This document shows, in pieces, positions 54,015 through 63,813 of a stretch of DNA of 64,000 bases. Position 1 is the first letter of the stretch, and each line of letters starts with the position of its first letter. The DNA is from an uncultured Methanomicrobiales archaeon (lineage in GTDB: Archaea > Halobacteriota > Methanomicrobia > Methanomicrobiales > Methanospirillaceae). A program made the translations under genes and the position numbers. Location of the stretch: NCBI GenBank assembly GCA_963697895.1, contig OY969100.1:960001-1024000 (forward strand). Reading direction: 5' to 3'. The notes below the pieces were generated by a model. It did no database searches. It saw only the letters and a list, made by a program, of their open reading frames with translations, and was not told where the DNA came from.

Positions 54015-55168
54015 CAGATCACCCCGGTAAGGAGGAATACACCCAGCAGAATGAAGAGTGCACTCCCGGCGACCGCAATGACCACCATGGCCGGCACGTA
54101 CCGGAAGATCTCTGTTCTCACTCCGGTCCGCGACGTAAAGGTCGTGCACCCGGTAAAGTTCAGGGCCAGGTACGCGGTCACGACCGGGATGAGGAGGAGC
54201 ACGATCAGTGCGGCAAGCACATTCGCCGGGAACGGCAGCACGGGGTTTCCCGCAGAGAATATCGCAAAGGGTAATGCGACGATCAAACCGAGAATGAGCC
54301 CCTTCGTGCTGAAATCACGGGTGGGGATGAAGGGAAGCAGGGCCGGGAAGAGCACGGTTCCCGCGAGAACGGCGGCTATTGCCGCGAATGCCGCGACCGG
54401 TCCCGCAAGAAAGTACAGAACGATCGCTGCCACGAAGGTCGGCAGTGCAACGTGCACGAATTCCACCGGGGCAAGAACGATCCGGTCCCTGAAGGTGAAC
54501 TGTACCCGGCGCATACCGGGCGTTGCGTTATGCGATTCCAGGTATTCCGGGAGGTCACGTGAACGGACCGGGCCGTATTCCACGGTAAAACCGGAGCGTC
54601 GTCTCACTACATGGGCCGCAATGCCCGGGGCACCGAGTTGCGGAAGAACGAGGGTCCGGTGCCGGACGACCGAGGAAAGCCCGGTGAGTTCAATTCTCCG
54701 GACCAGTTCATCGGTCCCGAACGTCCCTTCTCCGGCGGCACACCAGACATTAATCCCCTTCGTGTCGAGGACGAGAATATACCCGTCGATACCCGCGAGT
54801 GCGGAACGGACCGCATCGAAACTGAGCGTGTAATTCGCCGAGACGAGAACGGGGGAATCGGGTGAGGGTTCCCCGATCCGGTACAGGCCGGGCGCTACGC
54901 GGTGTCCCATCCGGTTCACCCCCCACCGGGCAAGCAGATGATCGATCCTGTCGGCGGTGGAGAGCGTTCCGGAGGTCACGAAGATCCCGGGCGCCGGATT
55001 TGTCGTGCATTGGCAGGGTGTCGTATCCGGTTGACATTGACAGGATGTTGTTTCCTCCTGACATTGACAGGATGTTGTTTCCTCCTGACATTGACAGGAT
55101 GTTGTTTCAGACCGGTTCCGATCCGGGCAACAGGGCGGGGTAGGGGCAGCGGCCGTATCATTCTCCAT
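54014..55168 (-). CDS. hgcA: Mercury methylation corrinoid protein HgcA
   Basis: PGLY.IG.P...SPVLVSANYTLSFD, LDTKGINVWCAAGEGTFGT, LPQLGAPG, C-terminal TM helices, NFTGCTTFTSRTGV. Confidence 0.95.
   Translation of the reverse strand: MENDTAAAPTPPCCPDRNRSETTSCQCQEETTSCQCQEETTSCQCQPDTTPCQCTTNPAPGIFVTSGTLSTADRIDHLLARWGVNRMGHRVAPGLYRIGEPSPDSPVLVSANYTLSFDAVRSALAGIDGYILVLDTKGINVWCAAGEGTFGTDELVRRIELTGLSSVVRHRTLVLPQLGAPGIAAHVVRRRSGFTVEYGPVRSRDLPEYLESHNATPGMRRVQFTFRDRIVLAPVEFVHVALPTFVAAIVLYFLAGPVAAFAAIAAVLAGTVLFPALLPFIPTRDFSTKGLILGLIVALPFAIFSAGNPVLPFPANVLAALIVLLLIPVVTAYLALNFTGCTTFTSRTGVRTEIFRYVPAMVVIAVAGSALFILLGVFLLTGVI
55005..55108 (-). repeat. 27-bp tandem repeat in the 5' end of hgcA (ETTSCQCQE x3 plus one degenerate unit)
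   Basis: tgacattgacaggatgttgtttcctcc at 55032, 55059 and 55086 (last one partial); degenerate unit at 55005-55031. Confidence 0.95.
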
Positions 55169-55176
55169 ATCTATCC

Positions 55177-55467
55177 TCACTCCCGATCCCGTACCAGCGG
55201 ATCGAGCACATTTTGCACCATGCCGCTCAGGTTCTCGACCTTCATGAGAGCGAGGCAGCATACGGAGCCGTCCTTCTCCCAGCTGATCAGGGCGAGCTTA
55301 TCACCGGTCCGGATGCCCGCTCTCTCCCGCACGTCTTTCGGGAGTACCATCTGTCCGCGGTCATCGACACCGAGGACTGCCTCCACCCGGCACCCGGTAC
55401 CGGGTTCGCATTTATAGTTCGATTCCTCTGAATGGGGGATCTCATCCTCGGCCTTCTTTCTGGACAT
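55177..55467 (-). CDS. hgcC: HgcAB-associated AbrB/MazE-fold protein
   Basis: CRVEAVLGVDDRGQMVLPKDVRERAGI..GDKLALI, VCC; directly upstream of hgcA. Confidence 0.85.
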   Translation of the reverse strand: MSRKKAEDEIPHSEESNYKCEPGTGCRVEAVLGVDDRGQMVLPKDVRERAGIRTGDKLALISWEKDGSVCCLALMKVENLSGMVQNVLDPLVRDRE

Positions 55468-55511
55468 GGATACCTTTCATCATACGATGAGGTTTCTATA
55501 CTATTTAGAAT

Positions 55512-55547
55512 TATCAGTAATATCCAATTTATCATACATATCTGATA
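55512..55547. promoter_or_regulatory. Four TATC boxes at 9-bp period upstream of hgcC
   Basis: TATCAGTAA TATCCAATT TATCATACA TATCTGATA. Confidence 0.45.
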
Positions 55548-55666
55548 TTGTCCCGGCCTGACGGGATATCTGACGGCTCTTCCGATTTGAGATCTTCTGA
55601 TATGAAAAAATGTGACATAGAACTCTTTATATTCCGGATCGTCGGAAATATTTCACGGTACGATCC

Positions 55667-56185
55667 ATGACAAAAAAACATACGGAAACAAAGAGTGAAC
55701 CGGCATCAGCGAGTGGGGCCGGGCGTATCGTGATCGTCATTATCATCCTCTGCTTCGTCGGGATTATGCCCGTACTGGTCTGGTTGAGCATTCCCCCGAC
55801 AAGCACGAGTTCCACGGTCAACGATGCATCCCAATACGTCGCGACCGCTGCTGCGGATACCAATCTCCAGATATGCACCCAGAACGTTATCGTCCTCGAC
55901 TACCCGGGCGTACAGAATGCAGCGAAGTACAATCTTTCCCCTGACTGCAAGACCGCAACCAGTGCGAATACTGTCGTGATGGGGGTCATCGGGTTTTCCA
56001 GTTCACAGGCACAGGAGAATGCCCTATACACGGCTCAGAATAGCTATAAAAACTGGCGGGAGACGAATACGGAGGTCTACACCGATGCGACGAACGTGAT
56101 CATCGTTACGGGACCCCCGGGAGACACGTATGTGCAGGCGATCGGCAATTCCCTGACCGCACAGGGTGCCCAGCAGGTTACCTGA
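55667..56185 (+). CDS. Hypothetical membrane-anchored protein
   Basis: N-terminal TM helix followed by a Thr/Asn-rich extracellular domain with two Cys. Confidence 0.75.
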   Translation: MTKKHTETKSEPASASGAGRIVIVIIILCFVGIMPVLVWLSIPPTSTSSTVNDASQYVATAAADTNLQICTQNVIVLDYPGVQNAAKYNLSPDCKTATSANTVVMGVIGFSSSQAQENALYTAQNSYKNWRETNTEVYTDATNVIIVTGPPGDTYVQAIGNSLTAQGAQQVT

Positions 56186-56457
56186 ATCAGCGGTGGATCA
56201 TTCAGTTAGCTTGGCGAACCCGGCTGTGAATATTCCCGGAAATCAGGAAGATCCATCTTTCGAATAACTCTTTTTTATTGAAATGGATATCGGGTAATAT
56301 TCCTTCTCCGCTTTCTGCTTTAAACAAAAAGAGAAGATCCCCCAGGGGGATTTCTTACTCGTCACTCGGGACAGTGGCCGGGGTCGATAAGCCCGATATG
56401 GTGAGCAGTTCAATGAATGTTGACCAGTAACTTTATTCGGGCCGGAATGTCTCGCTT

Positions 56458-57270
56458 TTACTCCTCTCTTTTCCCACCGTACGCCCTGACATGCCCCCAT
56501 GCCCGGTGATGGAGAGGGTACTTTTCTGTATCCGTATACAGGGAGGGATCTGTTCGTCCGAATACCTCGCGGTCCTTCCCCACCGGGCACACCATTATGC
56601 AGATACCGCACGGGGAGATGGATCGCCTGCGAAGCGCGATATTCCGGGAGAGGCAGGCCGTCTTGTCGGTCAGCCCCTCCGGGTAACCGGCCTCGTCGAG
56701 GGCACCCGCGGGGCACATGGTCACGCATCTCATGCAGCGGGTGCAGAGTTCCTCTTCGATAAGGGGATCCGGAGGGAGAACTGCCGTGGTGAAGACCGAC
56801 CCGAACCGCACCCGGGGACCGTATCCGGGGGTCAGGAGCGTATTGTTCACCCCGAATGTGCCGAGCCCCGCGAGGAGAGCGGCGTGCCGGTGTGAGAAGA
56901 AGGCCACCGGGTTCTCCCGCAGTACCTCTCCTGACCCGTACCCGTCCCGGGGGACGAACATCGACGGGTAGCCCCATTCGGTGAGAAAATTGGCCAGCCG
57001 GTAGGTATACTGGTCGAGCAGGATGTTTACCGTATTGTAGAGCTCGTGGTACAGGATTGACGGCGCAGTCTCGAGAACGGGGAGGGCGACCGGCAACCCG
57101 ATGACGATCACGGACCTCGCTTCCGGGTAGATGGACTGCGGATAGAACTCGCTCGGCATCCAGGGCTGAAAGGGCGGGTCTTCCCATCGCCCGGCTGCTG
57201 CAACCCCAACGAGCGGAATCTCCATCTCCCTGCATTTATCGATAAGTATTTCCTTGAGCTTCCGGTTCAT
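56458..57270 (-). CDS. QueG/reductive-dehalogenase-like 4Fe-4S dicluster protein
   Basis: ARSVIVIG, FSHRHAA.LAGLG.FG.N..LLTP.YGPRVRF..V.T, CTRCMRC...CP, CGICIMVCP. Confidence 0.88.
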   Translation of the reverse strand: MNRKLKEILIDKCREMEIPLVGVAAAGRWEDPPFQPWMPSEFYPQSIYPEARSVIVIGLPVALPVLETAPSILYHELYNTVNILLDQYTYRLANFLTEWGYPSMFVPRDGYGSGEVLRENPVAFFSHRHAALLAGLGTFGVNNTLLTPGYGPRVRFGSVFTTAVLPPDPLIEEELCTRCMRCVTMCPAGALDEAGYPEGLTDKTACLSRNIALRRRSISPCGICIMVCPVGKDREVFGRTDPSLYTDTEKYPLHHRAWGHVRAYGGKREE

Positions 57271-57419
57271 ACGACTCCGTGCAGGGATTATCAGAGGCAG
57301 CGATGATAATACCATTGAAACCCGCAATACGGCGAAGTGCCTCCTTTAATTTGACCCGTATTGACTGGATTGGCTTGAACCCCGATACCCTGCTCGAGGA
57401 AGCCCGGGAGGGTATATTC

Positions 57420-57875
57420 CTACCTGACATCTCCCGGAAAGAGTTTCTTTCCTTTTTCCGTGTATTCGATAGCCCCGAGTTGCCTGAGGAAATCCAGCTG
57501 GTCATCGACTTCCCATCCCTCTGCAAGTTTTCCGTTCACGATGCGCCAGATGAAAACCATCCTCATGATCAGCTTGCTGCCAGTAGGGGGGAACGAGACT
57601 CCAAAATGGTTCCATTCGCCGGTATGGGTCCCCGTTGCGGTAACGCATACCCATACCCTGTCCCCTTCCGCAATGATATCCCCGATATGTTCATGCCAGT
57701 CCGGGAACGCCGTGAACGCGAGCCGAAAGAGCTGTCTGAAGCGTTCCCGGCCCTGTTGCTGATGGGTATGGTCAACATAATCCGGTGCCACCAGATCGTC
57801 GAATACATCCAGGTTTCGGGTATTGTAGGCTTCAATAAATGTGCAGACAGTCGCCTTATTCTCCTCGATCGACAT
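57420..57875 (-). CDS. SnoaL-like ester cyclase
   Basis: EENKA.V, AFPDW....D.IAEGDRV, GTHTG, RIVNGKLAE. Confidence 0.9.
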   Translation of the reverse strand: MSIEENKATVCTFIEAYNTRNLDVFDDLVAPDYVDHTHQQQGRERFRQLFRLAFTAFPDWHEHIGDIIAEGDRVWVCVTATGTHTGEWNHFGVSFPPTGSKLIMRMVFIWRIVNGKLAEGWEVDDQLDFLRQLGAIEYTEKGKKLFPGDVR

Positions 57876-58196
57876 GAACATCACCTCTCCCTGGATCCTT
57901 TTTTACTTTATTGCATGCGTTCACTTATCCAATATATAACAAACCTACATCCATTCAACACGGAATGATCAGGTCCTGCCCGTTCAGCAATCATTTGAAA
58001 ATAATCATCCTCGATGGCAAGGGGTATTCCGACCGTGGATTACCGTAGCTGAATGATGGAATGCGGTACAGGAAAGTCCTGTTGATGAGAAAGAAGGGGG
58101 ATTCCGGGTCGATGACTGCATCACAACGTTATTGGGTTTTTCCCCCGAACAGGTACTGGATTCGCGAGCGAGAAGATCAACTTCCTACTCGCCAAG

Positions 58197-59015
58197 GTGA
58201 AGACCATGCATCCTGCGCCCGGCCGGGAAAATCCTCCTCCCATCCTGGAATTTGAGAATGTCACCGTCGTGAGGGGGGAGAAGCGGCTCCTCGACGCCGT
58301 GACGGTCACTATCCACGAAGGGGAGCATATCGCGATACTCGGACCGAACGGTGCCGGGAAGTCCTCGTTCATCCGGACGATCTCCCGGGAGTACTATCCC
58401 CTGGACCAGGGGCACCGGATGACCTTCCGGATCTGGGGGCGGGACCGGTGCGATGTCTTCGATATCCGGTCGCTGATCGGGCTCGTCTCCAACGACCTCC
58501 AGTACGCGTTCACCCGGGACCTGTCGGGGAGGGAGGTGATCCTCTCCGGGTTCTTCTCGAGCATCGGGCTCTGGCGGAAGGAGGCAACCCCCGCGATGGA
58601 GGAGAAGACGGACCGGATACTCGACTTCCTCGGGATCGCCCACCTTCAGGACCGGCCGATGAACGAGCTCTCCTCCGGCGAGGCCCGGCGGTTCCTGATC
58701 GGCCGGGCGCTGGTCCACGACCCGAAACTCCTGATCCTCGACGAGCCCACGAACAGCCTCGACCTCCACGCCCTGCACGCCTTCCGGCAGGTGCTCCGGA
58801 GGATCGCCCGTTCGGGGACCGGGATCGTCCTCGTGACCCACAACCTCCCGGACATCATCCCGGAGATCTCCCGGGTCATCCTGATGAAGGACGGTGCGTT
58901 CTGGAAGGACGGCCCGAAGGCGGAGGTCCTGACCGACAGGAACATCGGCGAACTCTTCGACGTCCCGGTCCGGGTCCGGGAAGAGGACGGGTACTATTAC
59001 GCGACGGGGTACTGA
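58197..59015 (+). CDS. ABC transporter ATP-binding protein (ModF-like)
   Basis: GPNGAGKS, LSSGE, LLILDEP, LVTH. Confidence 0.92.
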   Translation: MKTMHPAPGRENPPPILEFENVTVVRGEKRLLDAVTVTIHEGEHIAILGPNGAGKSSFIRTISREYYPLDQGHRMTFRIWGRDRCDVFDIRSLIGLVSNDLQYAFTRDLSGREVILSGFFSSIGLWRKEATPAMEEKTDRILDFLGIAHLQDRPMNELSSGEARRFLIGRALVHDPKLLILDEPTNSLDLHALHAFRQVLRRIARSGTGIVLVTHNLPDIIPEISRVILMKDGAFWKDGPKAEVLTDRNIGELFDVPVRVREEDGYYYATGY

Positions 59016-59081
59016 ACCTGCCGACGCGGGTTGAATCTTTTCATCGATCGATGAACCAGGCAGAAATACATCTTCGACCTG

Positions 59082-59897
59082 TCAGGGAACCGGGCTCCGT
59101 TTCTGCTGTTCCAGTTCCTGGAGATACCGTTCCCTTCTCGCTATATACGGTCCGGGATTCCGGCCGAAGGGGACGTATTCCGAGACCTGCCAGCCTTCGG
59201 CCGCCATCTCGATCTTGGTCTGGTCGGCAAGCCCCGTCAGGAACCCGAAGGTGACCCTGTCCCGGCGATCCTCCATCAGGGAGCGGATCTCTCTGATGAG
59301 ATCGGGATCATGGGTACCGACATGGAAGCCGACATCGTAGCCTGCGGTCTCCCGGACGAGATCGAGGAACCTCTTCCGGATCTCAGCATCGTCCTTCACG
59401 TCCCCGATATAGGCGCCCTTGACGAACCGGGGCACGATCCCGAGTGCAAGGAGCAGCCGGATGTCCCCGGCCGTCCGGTCCAGGTACGCCTGCACAGCCA
59501 GGGTCACCGGCAGGCCCCGGTTCGCGCAGAGAGCCCCCGCTTCCATGGCCGCTCCCACCAAGCCCCGCCCTTCCATGTCGATCTCGAAACCCACCCCGGC
59601 TCTTTTCGCTTCCCGGCAAAGATCATAGGTCTGTTGAAGCGCCAGGTCGCCGTCAAAGAGCGCCCCCAGGGAGGAGAGCTTGACCGATATCGATGCAGAA
59701 AGGTTGTCTGCCGTAATGCCGGCGATCGTTTCCCGGTAGGCAGCGCTCACGCCATCCACCTCCCCGGGTGTCCGGGTGTATTCATCAAGCACGTGGAAGG
59801 TGCACCGTATCTTCTCCCGGTTCCGCTCGCGACACCGGGAAAGAGCCTGGCCAAGGTCGTCGGGGTTCCACCGGTTCCCCAAACTTTTTTCCGCCAT
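59082..59897 (-). CDS. Proline dehydrogenase family protein
   Basis: SVKLSSLG, IDME, QAYL.RT..D, RFVKGAY, GTHD, YVPFG....YIARR. Confidence 0.88.
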   Translation of the reverse strand: MAEKSLGNRWNPDDLGQALSRCRERNREKIRCTFHVLDEYTRTPGEVDGVSAAYRETIAGITADNLSASISVKLSSLGALFDGDLALQQTYDLCREAKRAGVGFEIDMEGRGLVGAAMEAGALCANRGLPVTLAVQAYLDRTAGDIRLLLALGIVPRFVKGAYIGDVKDDAEIRKRFLDLVRETAGYDVGFHVGTHDPDLIREIRSLMEDRRDRVTFGFLTGLADQTKIEMAAEGWQVSEYVPFGRNPGPYIARRERYLQELEQQKRSPVP

Positions 59898-59901
59898 CGT
59901 C

Positions 59902-60168
59902 TCAACCCGGCGCCGGCTCCCGGGAGAACAGGACCCACACGGCAACGAGCATGGAGATGCTCGCGATGAGGAAGATTACCGAAGAGGTGCTGGCTGAAAG
60001 GCCTTCCCCGGAGAAGGCCGAGATGTCGTACACCACGTAGATGGCAAAGGTGAGGGCAATGAGCCACCCGAAGACCTTCTTCTTCAGGATACCGATACCC
60101 AGACCGATTCCGCAGATGATGACCTCGATGGCGATGGAGACAGGCTGGAGATAGAGGGAAAGATCCAT
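59902..60168 (-). CDS. Small 3-TM membrane protein
   Basis: Three hydrophobic helices, ALTFAIYVVYD. Confidence 0.8.
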   Translation of the reverse strand: MDLSLYLQPVSIAIEVIICGIGLGIGILKKKVFGWLIALTFAIYVVYDISAFSGEGLSASTSSVIFLIASISMLVAVWVLFSREPAPG

Positions 60169-60441
60169 GCAGAGCGGTGAGTCGCGGGACTACAAATGAT
60201 CTTCGGGGACGGAGGTCTGCCGGTTCCCGCAACCGAAGAGTATCTCGTTTGAATTTCCGCAATAAAGAACCGGTGCTGCTCCGAAACCTGGCCTGGATAT
60301 CACGGGTGTGACCGGAGAGAGCCGCACAACGGATGGTAACGGTGGCAATTCGGAACAGTCAGGCGAAGCAGATCGATTACCGCCGGCATTTCCTTTCCGC
60401 CGGATATCAGGTAATCTTCCCACACCGGATCACGGGCTCGC

Positions 60442-60924
60442 TCAGGCTTCAGGTTCTTTCCGGATCCCGGCAGCAAACGCCTCCACCTTGGCCATGAAGG
60501 CCCCGCTCTCGACCTCGGCCTCGACCGTCCAGGCGGAAGAGACAAACCGCATCCCTTTTTCTTCGAGGTGTTTCCTCACCAGGGCAATCGCTCCTTCGGC
60601 ACCCCGGCCTCCCATCTCTATGAATACGTGGAAGGGTTTTCCCTGCCCGCCGGTAACCGAATTCAGGTACTCGTTCACGTACGGGGGCACCTTGCCTGCC
60701 CAGACCGGGGTTGCCACGACGAGCTCGTCGATCCCGGCGAGGTCGGTTTTAGAGGGCTTTATGGCCGATTTCATCGACAGCATTGCTTTCATCGCCTGCT
60801 TGCTGATGCCCGGTTCCCTGTCCGGTTCGATCCGGACCAGCTCTGCGTGGAGCTGGTCCGCAAGCACCTTCGCGATCTTTTCCGTGTGCCCCTTCCATGA
60901 AAAATACACGATTCGTATGGTCAT
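60442..60924 (-). CDS. Flavodoxin family protein
   Basis: VYFSWKGHTEKIA, ATPVWAG.VPP. Confidence 0.88.
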   Translation of the reverse strand: MTIRIVYFSWKGHTEKIAKVLADQLHAELVRIEPDREPGISKQAMKAMLSMKSAIKPSKTDLAGIDELVVATPVWAGKVPPYVNEYLNSVTGGQGKPFHVFIEMGGRGAEGAIALVRKHLEEKGMRFVSSAWTVEAEVESGAFMAKVEAFAAGIRKEPEA

Positions 60925-61045
60925 TGATGAATCACGAATGAACTCATGGCGGGCGGAGTAAAAAGGTTTTTGGGGATGTTCTGCCGGTCCGGATACATTC
61001 TCCCCTATTTCATCAATTGATCAGGTGCACCATATCGAAACAGTG

Positions 61046-61991
61046 TCAATAAGAGCCACTTGCACTCGAGCTCGCCGTCACCTTCAGTACATGCTCGTCC
61101 TGATACAGCCTGTCCATTGTACTGTTGTAATAATCCGGACCGTTTAGTACGCCGAGATCGACGGTCATGACCAGGGGGGTCTGGATAACGAGACCGGCCT
61201 CCTGTAACCGGTACCTTGTCAGGTCCAGATCACCCTGAATTGAAAACAGGACGATCACCTGGCCCTCGATCTCCTTGATCCGGCTCCCGGGCTCGTTCGG
61301 GTCATACACGGAAACACCGCTCTCATTCCGAAGAAGGCCGATGACCCGTTCATAATCCGAACGGGGCACTACTATATACCGGTCGAGGGAAGTTTCAAAT
61401 GTCGACCGGAATTCCGGATCCAGGGCTGATATGATCTTCCTCCCTTCTGCCTCGGATATCCCCGCCGCGAACCATACCCCAATCCTCTCATGGTACACCG
61501 GGTCCTGCGAAGACAGGTCCGTTATAACTCCTCCGGGTGAAACGATTGCAGGGATTATAACACCCTGGTGAGCGGGGTTCACCGGAGTAACGAGATAACT
61601 CCCAGGTGAAAGCGGTATCTCCGAAATGAGCGATGGACCTGAAGGGGAAATGATGGAAGGGACGAGCTGTGGGGATATCCAGCAGAGCCACGGGGGACGT
61701 GATGGAGTCCCGATCCGTCGGGGTCTGGATGGGCAAAACCCTTTCCGGGAAGAATCCCAGTGTCCCTTCGTTATCAACTGGGGTGGATGTACCGTAATAG
61801 ATAGGCTGAGGCGGGTTGACAAAAGTCGTTTCTGCATTGCCTATATAGGAAAATGAATCGATAGCCGGCGTTATCGTCTGATAGTTAATTGTTGGGTCCA
61901 TTATGATTGAGGGGTTTTGGGCATACGCTCCGAAACCGAGGATTGCATATGAGATGATTATTATGGCCAGGAGAATTCTCATCGACTTCAT
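61046..61991 (-). CDS. Secreted Pro-rich protein with a C-terminal alpha/beta domain; +1 frameshift near 61672
   Basis: The signal-peptide ORF (MKSMRILL) joins the 61046 frame after removing one C at DIP/QLVPS. Confidence 0.65.
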
Positions 61992-62023
61992 GGAATATTC
62001 CTCATATAATTTTTGAATCTCCC

Positions 62024-62785
62024 CTATCGTGCCCAAATTCCGTAAATGATGGAGAGAGCCTTGACTTGAGGATCGTATCGTAATATATCCACAATGGTTT
62101 TTGCGAGTGAATCCGGTTGTTCATTATTATAATCGATCAAAAACGTCACCGAGTCCGGCGGATTATTCCGGGGAGTGTCATCGATCAGGATTCGATAACC
62201 ATCGGGGATACGGTGCTTTTCGATAATGGCGTATGCTTCGTCTATCGTAACGGATTGGTCGAATACTACCTTGATCCCCCAGTTCGTCGTGTCACCGGTG
62301 ATCATCTCTCCAACCGCACCCCCATACCCCCAACTCGTGGGGAAGAACTTGCCCGATTCATAGTCGGGGATGAGGATCCCACTCATCTGTTGATCAATGT
62401 CCGATGCCAGGGGGAAGAGCCCCGGGGTATCGTAGACGGACGGTGCCAGGATCGGGAGAGGAGCCGGTACCGGATCGAATGAGGGAATGTTCACCGGCGG
62501 TGAACCGGAATTATCCGGGGAAACCGGGTTGGTATCCAGGGTTGGTTCCGGAGCGGCCGGCCCGGGCTGATCCCATTGCGGCGAGAGGTCGGGGATGATG
62601 TAAGGTTGTACTTCCGGTGAAGAATAAAGACCAGGATCGAATGCGGTGATAAGTACCGGAGAATAGTCGCCGGTTGTTACTGCTGATGCATATACAAGCC
62701 CGGGATCCACCGGGATTCCTCCGGCTGCAGCGATCCCCACGCAGCCGAAAGTGATCATAAGGATAAGAATACAGGATTTTATCAC
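62024..62785 (-). CDS. Secreted Pro-rich protein with a similar C-terminal domain
   Basis: Signal peptide, Pro-rich linker, IKVVFDQSVTIDEA..II...ILRYDPQV. Confidence 0.7.
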   Translation of the reverse strand: MIKSCILILMITFGCVGIAAAGGIPVDPGLVYASAVTTGDYSPVLITAFDPGLYSSPEVQPYIIPDLSPQWDQPGPAAPEPTLDTNPVSPDNSGSPPVNIPSFDPVPAPLPILAPSVYDTPGLFPLASDIDQQMSGILIPDYESGKFFPTSWGYGGAVGEMITGDTTNWGIKVVFDQSVTIDEAYAIIEKHRIPDGYRILIDDTPRNNPPDSVTFLIDYNNEQPDSLAKTIVDILRYDPQVKALSIIYGIWAR

Positions 62786-62889
62786 GAGTCTCCCCCCCTT
62801 CTCTGATAGCCCTCCGTTGGGCCTCGTTCAAGAAATACTTTCGGATAATGTCTATCCTGGAGAATAAAATGGATAACCGGGTAGTTTGT

Positions 62890-63600
62890 TCATCCCTTCT
62901 TCATCGCCTCCGCCTTCATCTCCTTCGGCAGCAGCTCGATCGCGTATCGCAACGCGGTCCGGGGCATGGACTTTTTATTCCGCATGACATAGGAGAAGAC
63001 CTCCTCCGGGTGCAGACGGCTCGCCTCCTTGAGGAGCCACCCGTATCCTTTCTGCACGAGGTCGTCCGGGTCGGTCAGGAGCAGGTCGGCGATCTCCAGC
63101 GCATCGGCGAGGAATCGCCCCCGTTTCGCCGGGACGATCAGGGTTACCGCCGCTGCCCGCCTCATCCACCGGTTCTCAGACCGGGTCCAGTGTTTCAGTT
63201 CGTCGACATATGCCGGATATTTCTCGATGAAGTCGCCGACGGCATGGTTGCATAAACTGTCGCAGGTCGCCCAGTTGGTGATGTACGTGTCGATCCAGCG
63301 CTGGAATATGCTGATGTCTTCCGGTTCAAACCGGTCCGCAAGGTTCGGGACCCACGTCGAGACCACGAAGGCCTCCTCGATGTTACCCGAGCGGTACAGC
63401 TCCTCGCAGAGTGCAAATATCTCCGGCTTGGTCCGCGATTGCACTTCCTTCCAGTATTTTTTCGCGATCTTCGTCACGGTCGGGGTCTTGACGCCGTACC
63501 CCTTCACCTCTTCCCTGAAGAAACGCGTGAAGCTATCTTTCGTTGCCTCGTCCCGGTTCGCTGCCAGTTCTTCCCGGATCTTCCGGATCACCGGATCCAT
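62890..63600 (-). CDS. DNA alkylation repair protein (AlkD-like)
   Basis: YGVKTP, NWATCD.LC, W..S.N.WMRRAA, DDLVQKGYGWLLKEAS, MPRTALRYAIE. Confidence 0.92.
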   Translation of the reverse strand: MDPVIRKIREELAANRDEATKDSFTRFFREEVKGYGVKTPTVTKIAKKYWKEVQSRTKPEIFALCEELYRSGNIEEAFVVSTWVPNLADRFEPEDISIFQRWIDTYITNWATCDSLCNHAVGDFIEKYPAYVDELKHWTRSENRWMRRAAAVTLIVPAKRGRFLADALEIADLLLTDPDDLVQKGYGWLLKEASRLHPEEVFSYVMRNKKSMPRTALRYAIELLPKEMKAEAMKKG

Positions 63601-63813
63601 ACAGGAGGTGGGAATGGAGGGATGATAAGGGTAGTTAAAATCCACCGGCCTTAAAGGGGAATTTTATCCATTCTATTCCTGACCGGGGAATGTTCTCCAT
63701 TCTATTCTCCCTTCCTGCCTCATCCCCGACAATCCGATTATCCTTTCCACCGGGAGGATTCCATACTTTTTTCCCTGTTCCCGGTTCAGGTGTAGACACA
63801 GTATGGAATAGCC

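Noticed and set aside
55005-55108. CRISPR-like array
   Set aside because: The repeats are contiguous with no spacers and lie in frame within hgcA.
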